64,000 nucleotides of DNA from Candidatus Altimarinota bacterium (GTDB lineage Bacteria; Patescibacteriota; Gracilibacteria; CAIRYL01; GCA-016699755). The notes beneath the pieces are model-generated. The model was not told where the DNA came from and made no database searches. It saw only the letters and a program-made list of their open reading frames with translations. A program made the position numbers and the translations under genes. Below are positions 8,307-18,762 of the stretch, in pieces; the first letter of the stretch is position 1, and every line of letters begins with the position of its first letter. The stretch lies in assembly GCA_963664295.1 (NCBI GenBank), contig OY760935.1, forward strand, positions 128,001 through 192,000, given 5' to 3'.

Positions 8307-9782
8307 TTGTGTAGTATTTTTTTTGTGAATAGAAAAAAATTAATAATTTTGGCGCTTTTGAGTTTTATTTTTGGTGTTGGTGTAGCAGAAACCATGCTTT
8401 TATTTGCGCTTAATCCATATTACGCACTTATTTTTGCATTTTTGCCACTAGTTAATCCTAAAAAATTTGCTTTTTTGAGTATTTTTATTGCTTTGGGTGT
8501 TTTGCGCTCTGTGGTTTCTGTTCCAGATATCACCCCGGATCAAATTGCATACTATGCGCAATCCCATGAGCAAGCGGAAAAAGTAAATTTTATTGGCACT
8601 GTAATTGAACAGCCAGAAAAGCGCCCAGGCAAAACTCGCTTAATTATTGAAGCGGAAAAACTGGGAGACAAAGAGGTGAATGGCAAGGTTGTGGTTAATG
8701 TTTTGCAACTTCCAGAGTTTGAATATGGCGACAAGATCAGGTTTTATGGAAAATTAGAAATACCGCCTGAATTTGAGGATTTTTCTTACAAAAATTATTT
8801 GGCAAAGGATAAAATTTTTGTTTATTCGCCTTGGTCTAGTGCTGATCTTGTTTCTAAAAATAATGGCAATTTTGTGCAAGGTTTTCTGTATAAAATTAGG
8901 TCGAGCTTGGAAAACAATATTGAAAAAATTATTCCTAGGCCAGAGTCTGGTTTTGCGCAGGGGATTTTGTTTGGCACTTGTAGTAATATTTCCGAGCAAA
9001 CTATGGAGGATTTTAACAGGACTGGCTTGACGCATCTGCTTGCGCTTTCTGGTTTTAATATTACGATTATTATCATCGCACTTTTTTGGGTGCTTAAGTT
9101 TTTGCCAAAAAAATATGCTTTGGTGATTACTATTTTTGCTGTGATTGCTTTTGTTTTGATGACTGGTGCTTCGGCCAGTGTTGTACGGGCATCGATCATG
9201 GGTCTTGCTGGGCTTTTGGCCTTGCATTCTGGTCGGGAAATTGGTTCTTATTTTGCGCTTGTTTTTGCGAGTTTTTTGATGGTGCTTTGGAATTCAAAAA
9301 CTCTACTTTTTGATGTTTCTTTTCAGCTTTCTGTGGCTGGTGTTTTGGGGATTATTATTTTTGTGCCTGTTTTAGAAAAATCGCAATTTTTTAAAAAATT
9401 GCCTGAAACTCTGGGTTTTAAGCATGCTATTAGTGCAACTTTGGGTGCGCAAATTGCTGTTGCTCCGCTTTCAATTTTTTATTTTGAAACTTTTTCTCTT
9501 GTTGCTCCTTTGGCAAATCCTCTGATTGCTCCGCTTATTCCTTTGGCCATGTTGCTTGCTTTTGTGACTGCTTTATTGGCTTATTTTTCTACTTTTTTAG
9601 CCACTGTTGCTGGCTTTATTGCTTATTTTGTTTTGAAACTTGGTCTTTTGGTTGCTGATTTTTTTGCTGATTTTTCTTTTGCGCAAGTTGAGATTAAAAG
9701 TTCTTTTATTTTGCTGTTCTTTTGGCTGTTTTTGGCTGTTTTAGTCTTTTTTGCTTTCCGCAAATACCCGCAAAGGTTGTAA
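8307..9782 (+). CDS. comEC: ComEC/Rec2 DNA uptake protein (no C-terminal beta-lactamase domain)
   Basis: OB/DUF4131-like region, GLTHLLALSGFN, SVVRASIMG and SFQLS motifs; start may be GTG 8325. Confidence 0.92.
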   Translation: MCSIFFVNRKKLIILALLSFIFGVGVAETMLLFALNPYYALIFAFLPLVNPKKFAFLSIFIALGVLRSVVSVPDITPDQIAYYAQSHEQAEKVNFIGTVIEQPEKRPGKTRLIIEAEKLGDKEVNGKVVVNVLQLPEFEYGDKIRFYGKLEIPPEFEDFSYKNYLAKDKIFVYSPWSSADLVSKNNGNFVQGFLYKIRSSLENNIEKIIPRPESGFAQGILFGTCSNISEQTMEDFNRTGLTHLLALSGFNITIIIIALFWVLKFLPKKYALVITIFAVIAFVLMTGASASVVRASIMGLAGLLALHSGREIGSYFALVFASFLMVLWNSKTLLFDVSFQLSVAGVLGIIIFVPVLEKSQFFKKLPETLGFKHAISATLGAQIAVAPLSIFYFETFSLVAPLANPLIAPLIPLAMLLAFVTALLAYFSTFLATVAGFIAYFVLKLGLLVADFFADFSFAQVEIKSSFILLFFWLFLAVLVFFAFRKYPQRL

Positions 9783-10595
9783 AAAGCCATTTTTAATTTC
9801 GCCAACACAGACAATTTCGTTGTCCAAAAATACACTTCTGAGTCCGCCTCCTTGGGTGGGAATTTTTTTTCCTTGTCTTAGGGCTTCTGCTTCTTTTTGG
9901 TTTATTTTTATGCTTGGAAAATTAAAATGTTCTGGTGAAAGGGGGATTATATTTTTTTCTGTTATTTTTTCAGGATCTACTGATTTACTGATTGAAAAAT
10001 TGCCTATTTTTTCTCGAAATAAACTTTTGCAATAAGCACCTGTTTCCAGGGTTTTTCCTAGATCGCGGGCAAGTGAGCGCACATAAAACCCACTTCCGGA
10101 GTGGATTTTAATAAGTAATAACGGATATTTATAATCAATTATTTCTAAGTTTATTATTTCTACTGTTTTTGGTTTTATTTCTATTTTTTCTCCTGCTCGC
10201 ATACGATCGCAGGCTCTTTTGCCTTGAATTTTTACTGCGGAATAGCGTGGAGGAGTTTGTAATATTCTTCCTTGAAATTGCTGGAGAGCAATTTTTATTT
10301 CTTCTAATTCTGGTTTTTTATCGGATTTTTTGCTGACTTCCCCGTCTATGTCATGTGTATCGGAAGTTGATCCTAGCTCTATTTCTGCAATATATATTTT
10401 GTCTTCTTTGCTTAGCCAGTTTAGTGCTTTTGTTCCTTCGTTTATTCCCAAAACCAAGAGCCCCTCTGCAAAAGGATCAAGCGTGCCAGCATGGCCCACT
10501 TTTTTTGTGTTTAATGCTTTTTTTGCCATGCGCACAACATCAAACGAGCTTACGCCTTGAGGTTTTTTTGCGAGTAAAATTCCACCATTTTTCAT
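9741..10595 (-). CDS. truB: tRNA pseudouridine(55) synthase
   Basis: KVGHAGTLDPFAEG, PPRYSAVK, GFYVRSLARDLG; start placed at ATG 10595. Confidence 0.96.
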   Translation of the reverse strand: MKNGGILLAKKPQGVSSFDVVRMAKKALNTKKVGHAGTLDPFAEGLLVLGINEGTKALNWLSKEDKIYIAEIELGSTSDTHDIDGEVSKKSDKKPELEEIKIALQQFQGRILQTPPRYSAVKIQGKRACDRMRAGEKIEIKPKTVEIINLEIIDYKYPLLLIKIHSGSGFYVRSLARDLGKTLETGAYCKSLFREKIGNFSISKSVDPEKITEKNIIPLSPEHFNFPSIKINQKEAEALRQGKKIPTQGGGLRSVFLDNEIVCVGEIKNGFLQPLRVFAESKKD

Positions 10596-11472
10596 GATTT
10601 TGAGTAGTAAAATAAACACCAATAAAAATTATAATAAATCCAACTATTTGCTCTATTGTTGGTATTTCTTGCAGAAAAATAAAAGCCAAAAAAATACTAA
10701 AAGCAGGATATGAAGCACCAAGTACAAGTGCTTTTGAGACATCAATTCGCTTAATTGCTTCCATGAAAAGTATTTTTGATAAACCAAAAGCAACTATTCC
10801 GTTTGTTAGTATTAAAAAAATATTATTTTGACTAAAGGTTGTGTGAATATTTATTTTTTCTGTAAATAAACTAGCTGTAATTAAAATAATTCCACCAATT
10901 AAATTCCTAAAACAAACATGTGAAACTGAAGAGATTAATTTTATTGCTTTTTGTTGAAAAAAATTACCAAAAGGGGCAAAACAACACGCTAAAACAATAA
11001 TCCAATCCCAGACATTAAATAAACCTGAGAAGTTTTTAAGTAAAATCAATAAAACACCTGTTAAAACCAATATTGCACCAATTATTCTGTTTTTTGTGAT
11101 TTTCTCAAAACCAAGAAGACCAAAAAATAAAAAAGTAAAAAGAACCTCACTTTGTCCAAGGATAGACATATTTCCTGGACTGGTTTTTTGACCAGCAATA
11201 AAAATTAAAGGAAAAACAACAAGAACAATAAAAAAAGTAGCACTAAGCATATAGGGGAGTGCTTTTTTATTTATAAAATCTTTTATTTTTCCTCGTAGAA
11301 TTACAAAAAATAATAAAAATAATCCTGCTATGATTAAACTAGTTCCTGCAAAAAACAAAGGAGGTAAAATATTATTAGAAGTATTTATAAGCAAGGGAAA
11401 AATAGCCCAAGTAAGAACTTCGAAAAACATTATTATTTCTCCTTCTCTTTCTTTGTTTAGCTTAGTTGTCAA
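10540..11472 (-). CDS. DMT/EamA family transporter
   Basis: 10 TM segments in two EamA repeats. Confidence 0.88.
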   Translation of the reverse strand: MTTKLNKEREGEIIMFFEVLTWAIFPLLINTSNNILPPLFFAGTSLIIAGLFLLFFVILRGKIKDFINKKALPYMLSATFFIVLVVFPLIFIAGQKTSPGNMSILGQSEVLFTFLFFGLLGFEKITKNRIIGAILVLTGVLLILLKNFSGLFNVWDWIIVLACCFAPFGNFFQQKAIKLISSVSHVCFRNLIGGIILITASLFTEKINIHTTFSQNNIFLILTNGIVAFGLSKILFMEAIKRIDVSKALVLGASYPAFSIFLAFIFLQEIPTIEQIVGFIIIFIGVYFTTQNHEKWWNFTRKKTSRRKLV

Positions 11473-12781
11473 CTTTCTTTTTTAATAAGTCTAATTTTCC
11501 TTGAATTGATCCTTGAAAAATGTTGGCAATAACTGCTTTGTCGTTCCATGTTTCTTCTTTTCCTCTCATATTTCTGGTTTCCAACGCGCCCATGCCAGAA
11601 ACAATTACAGTATCATTAGGGCCAGCAATCTGCAGAGCGGATTCTATTGCTATTTTGCGATCAGGAATTTCAAAAAAAGTGTCATCTTCTCTGTCATTCA
11701 GATTTTTTTCTTTGAATATACCTGCCTTAATTTCATCTCGAATTTGGTAAGGATCCTCGGTATATGTTTCATCATCAGTCAATATGATAATATCTGCATA
11801 TTTTGAGGCAATTTCTCCTATTATTGGTCTTTTTTCTTTGTCGTGATCGCCAGCGCAACCAAAAACAGAAATAAGTTTTCCGCCTGTGCGTTGGTTTAAA
11901 TAACTCAAAACTTCTTTAAAAGCTTTTGGTGTTAGTGCAAAATCAATAAAAATTTGAAAATCTTGCCCAAAATCAATGTTTTCTAGTCGTCCTGGTACTT
12001 TATTAAAACTACTTAAGGCTTGGGCGGTAGTACCTTTAAGTACTCCAATGCTTGCACAGGCGGAAATTCCAGCCAAAGCATTTTCTGCATTGAAATAACC
12101 AAAAATTGGAATAAAAAATTCTTTATCTTCAAGTGTAAATTTAATACCATTTTCTTGATCTTGAAAATTGGCTCCTTGATAATATGCAGAGTTTTTAAAT
12201 GAATAAGTTTTTACTTTTATATTTTTAGTTTCAAGTTCATTTTTCCAATCACTAACAAAAGGCTCATCAGCATTCAAGATTGCAGTTCCACCTTTGTTCA
12301 AATATTTTGTGAACAATAGTTTTTTGGCTTTAATAAGACCTTCCATGCTTTTGTGGTAGTCTAGGTGTTCATGGGAAATATTAGTAAGCACAGCAATATC
12401 AAAATCAATTCCAAAAACTCTTTTTTGACTAAGAGCATGGGAAGAAACTTCAATTACCACGCTATCATAACCATCTTTAACGCACTGGCGTAAAAATTTT
12501 TGCATGACAAATGGCGAAACAGTAGTTCTTTTGGTTGTGTTTTGCCAAGAATTATCTCCTCGCGAAAAACTAACGCTAGATATTTTAGCAACTTTTCTGC
12601 CTGAAAATTTTAGAATATGAAAAATCATTTCTGTTGTAGTTGTTTTTCCATCTGTGCCAGTCACACCCACTACAGTTATTTTTTTTGCAGGAAAACCATA
12701 AGCAAAAGCACCAATAATCGCCTTTAGGGCTGAATACCATCTACGGAGAAAAAAGTTATCAGGAAGAAGTTTTCTAATCAT
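11462..12781 (-). CDS. murE: UDP-N-acetylmuramoyl-tripeptide synthetase (MurE family)
   Basis: GVTGTDGKTTT, EVSSHAL, TNISHEHLDYH, PGRLE, FGCAGD. Confidence 0.9.
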   Translation of the reverse strand: MIRKLLPDNFFLRRWYSALKAIIGAFAYGFPAKKITVVGVTGTDGKTTTTEMIFHILKFSGRKVAKISSVSFSRGDNSWQNTTKRTTVSPFVMQKFLRQCVKDGYDSVVIEVSSHALSQKRVFGIDFDIAVLTNISHEHLDYHKSMEGLIKAKKLLFTKYLNKGGTAILNADEPFVSDWKNELETKNIKVKTYSFKNSAYYQGANFQDQENGIKFTLEDKEFFIPIFGYFNAENALAGISACASIGVLKGTTAQALSSFNKVPGRLENIDFGQDFQIFIDFALTPKAFKEVLSYLNQRTGGKLISVFGCAGDHDKEKRPIIGEIASKYADIIILTDDETYTEDPYQIRDEIKAGIFKEKNLNDREDDTFFEIPDRKIAIESALQIAGPNDTVIVSGMGALETRNMRGKEETWNDKAVIANIFQGSIQGKLDLLKKKVDN

Positions 12782-12800
12782 ATTGTTTTGAAAAACATTT

Positions 12801-13163
12801 TTATTCTTTCATGTTTTTGGCTTGTTCACAATCTTTTTCAATTGCTTTTATTAAGTCTTTGATGCTTTTGAATTTTTGTATTTCTCTAATTTTTGTGCCA
12901 ACAAGAAGATTTACAACAGTGTTTTTGTTTATTTCTTGATTAAAGTCAAAAAGATGAATTTCATAAGTTTTTTTCTTGTTTCCAAAAGTTTTACTAGTGC
13001 CAACAAAAACAACTCCTTGATGAGTTTTATTGCTTATTTCAAGTGCTCCTTTAAAAACACCTGTTATTTTTAATTCTTTTTCTAATTTTAAATTTATTGT
13101 TGGAAAACCGATTTTTTTACCTCTGCCTTTTCCTGTAATTGTTTTTGCGGAGTATTTTTTCAT
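12801..13163 (-). CDS. stand-alone riboflavin kinase (RibF C-terminal domain)
   Basis: GKGRGKKIGFPTIN, EIHLFDF, IREIQKF. Confidence 0.88.
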   Translation of the reverse strand: MKKYSAKTITGKGRGKKIGFPTINLKLEKELKITGVFKGALEISNKTHQGVVFVGTSKTFGNKKKTYEIHLFDFNQEINKNTVVNLLVGTKIREIQKFKSIKDLIKAIEKDCEQAKNMKE

Positions 13164-14275
13164 TTATTTTCAATTTCTTTAAGCTTATCAATAGCAAAAT
13201 TATCAGTCATGCCAGCAATAAAATCTTTTATGCCAATTTCGTTTTTTTCAAATCCTTCTGGTAGTTGATCTAAATTATCTAAATAATAAAAAAATAATCT
13301 TTTTATTGTATGAGCGCCTTTTTCGCACTGACTTGCTACTAGATTATTGTGATAAAATCTGTCCATTAAAAGTTGTCTTAAGTAGCTATTTTCTTCTGCT
13401 AATTCCTTGGAAAAACTAATTATTCTTTTGCTTGCATTACGCACATCATCTGCACTTTTTGGGCTTAATTCACCAATATTTTGAGAGCTTTTTTGAAAAA
13501 CATCATGGATCATTATTTTAATTAAGGCAGAAACAACTGCAGAGATAAAGTTTTCTTCAGATAAATTGCCTGATACTTGTTCTTGTGCTTTGCGCCAAAG
13601 GCTAAGTTTATTTAAATCATCAAGCTCAAGTAAGCCACTTCTAAGTCCATCATCAATATCATGATTTTGAAAAGCAATTTCATCAGCCAAATCAACAATT
13701 TGTGCTTCTAAAAAAGGTTGTTCGGATAGTTTATGCTTGCTTTTGTCGTATGGTGTGCGGTGCTTCCATAGGCCCTCACGAACTTCATGGGTTAAGTTTA
13801 AGCCTAAAAAATTAGCAGATTTTTTTTCCAATTTTTCAACAATACGGCGTGATTGCGCATTGTGCTCAAAATCAAGACCAAAGCGGTGCATTAGCTCGTT
13901 CATAGCATCTTCGCCGGCGTGACCAAAAGGGGTGTGTCCAAGATCATGTGCAAGAGCAATACACTCAGTTAAATCTTCGTTTACTCTTAGTCCTCTGGCA
14001 ATAGCACAGGCAATTTGTGCAACTTCCAAAGAGTGGGTTAGTCTTGAGCGAAAATGATCACCATAGTGTGACACAAAAACCTGAGTTTTTCCTTTTAATC
14101 TGCGAAAGGCTTTGCAATGAAGCACCCTGTCTCGATCTCTTTGAAAATCCAGTCTATACAAATCGTGGTTTTCGTCATAATCTCTGCCTTTTGATTTAGC
14201 ATTAAAAATTGCATATGGTGCTAATCTTTTTAATTCCTCTTGCTCCAGTTCTTCTCTTGTTGCAATGATATTCAT
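13160..14275 (-). CDS. dgt: dGTP triphosphohydrolase-like HD protein
   Basis: FQRDRDR, KTQVF, RLTHSLEV, HDLGHTPFGHAGE. Confidence 0.95.
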   Translation of the reverse strand: MNIIATREELEQEELKRLAPYAIFNAKSKGRDYDENHDLYRLDFQRDRDRVLHCKAFRRLKGKTQVFVSHYGDHFRSRLTHSLEVAQIACAIARGLRVNEDLTECIALAHDLGHTPFGHAGEDAMNELMHRFGLDFEHNAQSRRIVEKLEKKSANFLGLNLTHEVREGLWKHRTPYDKSKHKLSEQPFLEAQIVDLADEIAFQNHDIDDGLRSGLLELDDLNKLSLWRKAQEQVSGNLSEENFISAVVSALIKIMIHDVFQKSSQNIGELSPKSADDVRNASKRIISFSKELAEENSYLRQLLMDRFYHNNLVASQCEKGAHTIKRLFFYYLDNLDQLPEGFEKNEIGIKDFIAGMTDNFAIDKLKEIENK

Positions 14276-15063
14276 GATTTTTTAGTTATATATGGAAATT
14301 TTTCACACATTTCTTTTGCTGTGAAATTAGTTTTTTCTTTTTTTAATTCTTCGCCGGTTTTGCCCCAAAAATAAGCTCCAATTTGGCAAGCTTCAAAATT
14401 ATTTACTCCTTGGGCAATTAAGCCACCAACAATTCCGCTTAGTGCATCACCTGTGCCACCAACAGTCATTTCTGCGCAACCTGTTGTGTTTTCTACATAT
14501 TTATCTCTTTCTGTTATCCAGTCAATTTTTCCTTTTTTTAAAATTGTTATTCCGTATTGTTTAGACATTTTTTGCACATTTTCTTTTCTTGCCTGTGCCT
14601 TAAAAATTCTTTCAAACTCTATTTCGTGAGGAGTTATTGCAAAATTTTCCTTTTTTTTACTTTGAAGAATTTCCGGAATTAGTCCTTCAGCGTCAATAAC
14701 GCCTGGAAGTCGGATTTGATCAAGAAAATATTCAATTGCTTGAATTATTTTTTTATCATGTCCAATGCCATTGCCAATTACAAATCCATCACACATTTTA
14801 TGTGCAAAATTAAGCAAAAATGGCACATCAGCAGAGGTAAAAACAGGGTTTTGAAATTCATGAACAATAAAATTTTCACTTGCTTGTCTTGCTATTGGTG
14901 CATTTTTTTTTGGCATAGCGAGGAAAATAAGGTCGCAACCACTGGCTTGTGCTCCTAAACCTGCTAATATTGGTGCTCCGTGATAAAGTTCATTGCCTCC
15001 GATGATTAAGATTTTGCCATTTTCTCCTTTGTGTGAGTCCTGATTTCTTTGTGGGTATTTCAT
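14272..15063 (-). CDS. nnrD: ADP-dependent NAD(P)H-hydrate dehydratase
   Basis: SHKGENG, YHGAP, TPHEIE, GGTGDALSG. Confidence 0.92.
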   Translation of the reverse strand: MKYPQRNQDSHKGENGKILIIGGNELYHGAPILAGLGAQASGCDLIFLAMPKKNAPIARQASENFIVHEFQNPVFTSADVPFLLNFAHKMCDGFVIGNGIGHDKKIIQAIEYFLDQIRLPGVIDAEGLIPEILQSKKKENFAITPHEIEFERIFKAQARKENVQKMSKQYGITILKKGKIDWITERDKYVENTTGCAEMTVGGTGDALSGIVGGLIAQGVNNFEACQIGAYFWGKTGEELKKEKTNFTAKEMCEKFPYITKKS

Positions 15064-15228
15064 TTTTGTTGCATGAATAAGCTAATTTTAATGAATTTTT
15101 CTTTTTTTCTCAATTATATTTTATTTTTGTATTACTGTACCGGTACACTAATACAGTAATACATTTTTAATGTTGATTATTTGGCTTTATATAGGGCAAT
15201 GAATTTTTTTTAATTGTTTTTATTTTTT

Positions 15229-15782
15229 TGTTATTGCAAGGGATTTGCTTAGGCGGACGACGAAGCAGGTTATTTTTTTGTCTTAAGTGTTTTTTTGTCA
15301 CTTTGAGCCCTCTTTCTCTGTCATCCTGAGTGAGCCTGTACTCTGTCATTCTGCCCCTTTTTTTTCTGTCATCCTGAATCCACCCAGGCGGACGCAAGCG
15401 CTCGATTCAGGATCTCCCGTAGTCATTACTGTTGAATTACCTAAGGCAGGACTTGAGCAAATGGACAAGGAGATTCTTCGCTCCATTTCATTCCGCTCAG
15501 AATGACAGCAAGGGTGGATTGTCGCATCCTCCGTTTTTGGCTTCATCCTCACGACACCTCCCGAGATTGCGGATCAAGCCCACAATGACAGCAAGGGTGG
15601 ATTGTCGCATCATCCGCTTTTGGCTTCATCCTCACGACACCTCCCGAGATTGCGGGTCAAGCCCGCAATGACACCCCAAAAAAATCCACAATGACACCTT
15701 CTGCCTCCCGAGATTGCGGATCAAGCCCACAATGACACCCCAAAAAGCCCGCAATGACATCCTAAAAAAATCCACAATAACA
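15229..15782. repeat. cluster of nested REP-like palindromic elements with TGTCAT/ATGACA ends
   Basis: four TGTCA(T) left ends, about seven ATGACA/ATAACA right ends, 83-bp tandem duplicate at 15508-15673; core shared with 59376-59535. Confidence 0.85.
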
Positions 15783-15885
15783 GAGTAGAGCGAATTATTA
15801 GTTATAGTAAGTAGATTTTTTTATGCTTTTTTGCGAAAAATTAACAAGCAGTGGTATAGTAGGCATAAATTATAAATTGATAATA

Positions 15886-16626
15886 ATGCCAGAAGACAAG
15901 GCAATAAAAGGCAAAATACATTCTTTTGAATCTTTTGGCACGCTTGATGGCCCAGGAATAAGATTAGTTGTTTTTATGTCTGGCTGTCCGCTTAGGTGTA
16001 AATATTGTCACAATATTGATGTTGTCTTAGATAAAAATTCACCAAGTTATATTCCTGAAGAAATAATTAAAAAAATATTAAAAAATAAGCCTTATCTTGA
16101 TGCTAGTGGAGGTGGAGTGACTTTATCCGGTGGTGATCCTGTTTTTCAGCCTGAATTTTTGAAGGAATTTTTAAAATTATGCAAAGAAAATAATGTTCAC
16201 ACAGCAGTGGATACATCCCTTTATACAAGCAAAAAGCTGATTGACGATATTTTGCCATATACAGATTTGTTTATGGTTAGCTTAAAGCATTTTGACACTA
16301 AAAAACACAGATGGCTAACCGGAGTTCCAAATGAACAAATCCTTGAAAATATTCATTATTTGAGCGAAAAAAAAGCCAGAATATGGCTTCGTTATCTTGT
16401 TTTACCTGGCATTACTGATACAGCAGAAAATTTACAAGCTCTAATTAGTTTTTGTAAAAAAATTAATTTTGAGCTCATTGAAATTTTAGCCTATCACAAA
16501 ATGGGCGTAAGCAAGTGGCAAGACTTAGGCTTGCAATACGAGCTTAATGATGTGCCTATCCCAAAAAAGGAAGAAATTGAAAAAATTAAAGACTTGATTC
16601 AGAAGGAAGGCTTTCAGATTGTCTAG
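15886..16626 (+). CDS. pflA: pyruvate formate-lyase activating enzyme (radical SAM)
   Basis: IHSFESFGTLDGPGIR, GCPLRCKYCHN, GGVTLSGGDP. Confidence 0.92.
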   Translation: MPEDKAIKGKIHSFESFGTLDGPGIRLVVFMSGCPLRCKYCHNIDVVLDKNSPSYIPEEIIKKILKNKPYLDASGGGVTLSGGDPVFQPEFLKEFLKLCKENNVHTAVDTSLYTSKKLIDDILPYTDLFMVSLKHFDTKKHRWLTGVPNEQILENIHYLSEKKARIWLRYLVLPGITDTAENLQALISFCKKINFELIEILAYHKMGVSKWQDLGLQYELNDVPIPKKEEIEKIKDLIQKEGFQIV

Positions 16627-17368
16627 TTTGCATATCTTCTAGCGCCCAAGAAATCACACCTAAACAACCTTCTGAAAATGATTTGGCGTTTTCGCATAAT
16701 TTACCCGCATCAGTATTATCTTTGATTGAGTTTTTATAGTCAGTTATTGTTTGTAAATGAGAAAGTAATGAGGCAATTTTTAGCTCCACTTCTGATAAGG
16801 TTTCGTTTTTTTGCATTTTTTTCTTTATTGTATCAATTTCTAAGTCATCACTTGATAATTCACTAATGGCTGTCTTAAGTTTTTTTTCTAAAAAATCTAG
16901 GAGTTTTTTATATTCTTGGAAAAATGTCTCTTTTGCTCTTGTTAATAATTTTTCATGGACTTTGATAGTAGTAGTATTTTCTTCATTTCCTTCTTCTTGT
17001 TCAAATTCAAATATCACTCTTTCAGTTTCTCTTATTTGCAAATAAGCCCTATATAAATCGTTATAAATTTTTACATTTTGTAGCTCATGATCTAATCCCT
17101 CTTCATAGCGGGTTTGTAATATTCTTAAAATCCTACTAATTCCTGCTTGCATACCCCCAATTTCAAAAAATAAAACATTTAAAGCAGTTGGTTTTTCTTC
17201 TGAAAAATCTACTCCTGTTAATTTAGAGATTTTCATTTTTAATTCACTTGTTGCTTTATCAAGGATTTGCTCTAGCTGAGGGGTGTCTTTGGCTTTTTGT
17301 TGTTCCGCCATTTCTTTTGCTGTTGCCATTAAGTCTTTTTTATCTTTTAGTGATCCTATTTGAGACAT
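16586..17368 (-). CDS. hypothetical helical protein
   Basis: 260-aa charged helical ORF. Confidence 0.7.
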   Translation of the reverse strand: MSQIGSLKDKKDLMATAKEMAEQQKAKDTPQLEQILDKATSELKMKISKLTGVDFSEEKPTALNVLFFEIGGMQAGISRILRILQTRYEEGLDHELQNVKIYNDLYRAYLQIRETERVIFEFEQEEGNEENTTTIKVHEKLLTRAKETFFQEYKKLLDFLEKKLKTAISELSSDDLEIDTIKKKMQKNETLSEVELKIASLLSHLQTITDYKNSIKDNTDAGKLCENAKSFSEGCLGVISWALEDMQTRQSESLPSESSL

Positions 17369-17385
17369 ATTTTTTTGATAAAATT

Positions 17386-17964
17386 TTAATCTAAACTTCT
17401 TTGCTCAGTAAGTCCGGCAAGTATCATAATTTTTGGCTGAATTTCTTTGAGTATTGCAAGGAAAACTTTTAATTCAGTTATGGCTTTTTCTTTGTCTTCC
17501 CCGTTTTTCATATAGGCTGTATTAACTAAATGAATTAGTGCAGTATCAAAAGCACTTGACGTATCAGAAGCCTCTTTTGTTCTTTGTTTTAATATTTTTA
17601 AAGCAGGGTCATCTTGATCTATGTCTACTGAATCTAAAATTTGTATTATTTTATCTGCTGTTAATATTTCACCAGGATAGCTTGCTTTCATAATAGCAGA
17701 CATTATTTTTTGTGTATCTTGAGGTCCATTTTCCTTTGCATGTTCCGTCGCTATATTTTGACCAAACATTAAGATGTCTCTTTGGTTTGTGCTTAGGGGG
17801 TTTTTTCTTTGTTCTATGTGTAGTATTGATTGGCAGGTTTTCGCTCTTGTTTGAACAATGTTTACTGCAAGTTTTTCTGGTAAAGTTTCTTTGTTTTTTT
17901 CTGCTTTTCTAAGGGCATTTTCTAGAATTTGTTTATAGTCTTTGCTAAGTGTAAGGGGTGTCAT
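17386..17964 (-). CDS. hypothetical protein (paralogue of 17979-18644)
   Basis: shares GE.LT...I...L, DP.... and ELKV.L.I. blocks with its neighbour. Confidence 0.75.
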   Translation of the reverse strand: MTPLTLSKDYKQILENALRKAEKNKETLPEKLAVNIVQTRAKTCQSILHIEQRKNPLSTNQRDILMFGQNIATEHAKENGPQDTQKIMSAIMKASYPGEILTADKIIQILDSVDIDQDDPALKILKQRTKEASDTSSAFDTALIHLVNTAYMKNGEDKEKAITELKVFLAILKEIQPKIMILAGLTEQRSLD

Positions 17965-17978
17965 TTTTGTTTAAAAAA

Positions 17979-18644
17979 TTATTTTTTAAGTGTGTTAATT
18001 ATCTTTATTGTTTCTTGGGCTTCATAATTAGCCTGTTGAATAATCGAAAGAATTACTTTTAATTCATATAGTATAACACTGTCCTCTGGTGAATTGTTGT
18101 CATCTAGACCTATTGTGCCTGCTAAGTGCAACATGGCTACATCAAGAAAATTTGCATCACTACTTGGTGTCAATTTTTGCAATTCTTCTTTAATAGTCAT
18201 AACGCCAGGATCAGCTGGGTTAAAGTTTTGTTCTGATAATTGTTTTAATATACTGCCAATTGTTAATTTTTCACCACGGTTTTTTGTTTTCATTAACCAT
18301 GTAATCAGCTCTCTGGTTTTTTCGGGAGCATTGTATTGGGCGTGTGCTGTTGCTAGAGACTCTGCCAAACTAAGTAATGATAAATATAGTATTTGGTGAT
18401 GACTTTTCTGTGCTTCATTAACTATTTTTGCCATTTTTATCCTATTTTGATCAATTAGTTCTATTATTTTTACTGGTGATTTTTCAGGATTTTTGCTTGC
18501 TTCTTCTTCTGCTGATTGATCAATTGCTTTTTTTAAATGAACTTGTTCTGTTGATGGACATTCTTCATGGTGCATTAAGCGCTTTAATGCTAGTATGGGC
18601 ATTTTTTGAGACTTATCCGCAATTGGTGTATTAAGGGGTTTCAT
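17979..18644 (-). CDS. hypothetical protein (paralogue of 17386-17964)
   Basis: shared blocks with neighbour; TTGACA on the minus strand near 18693-18698. Confidence 0.75.
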   Translation of the reverse strand: MKPLNTPIADKSQKMPILALKRLMHHEECPSTEQVHLKKAIDQSAEEEASKNPEKSPVKIIELIDQNRIKMAKIVNEAQKSHHQILYLSLLSLAESLATAHAQYNAPEKTRELITWLMKTKNRGEKLTIGSILKQLSEQNFNPADPGVMTIKEELQKLTPSSDANFLDVAMLHLAGTIGLDDNNSPEDSVILYELKVILSIIQQANYEAQETIKIINTLKK

Positions 18645-18762
18645 TTTAGGGGAAATTTATAGTACTAAAATCTAGAACATTATTAGTAATATTGTCAATA
18701 TACTTTTTTTATGATTTTTGCCGTGATTTTTTTTGTGTTTTGTGGCATAATAAATAAAAAAC

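Noticed and set aside
15167-15671. Short ORFs in the repeat cluster (also 59169-59626)
   Set aside because: CHSER/VILS-type peptides are typical translations of the palindromic repeats
15500-15782. CRISPR array
   Set aside because: Units are irregular in length with duplicated interiors and no unique spacers
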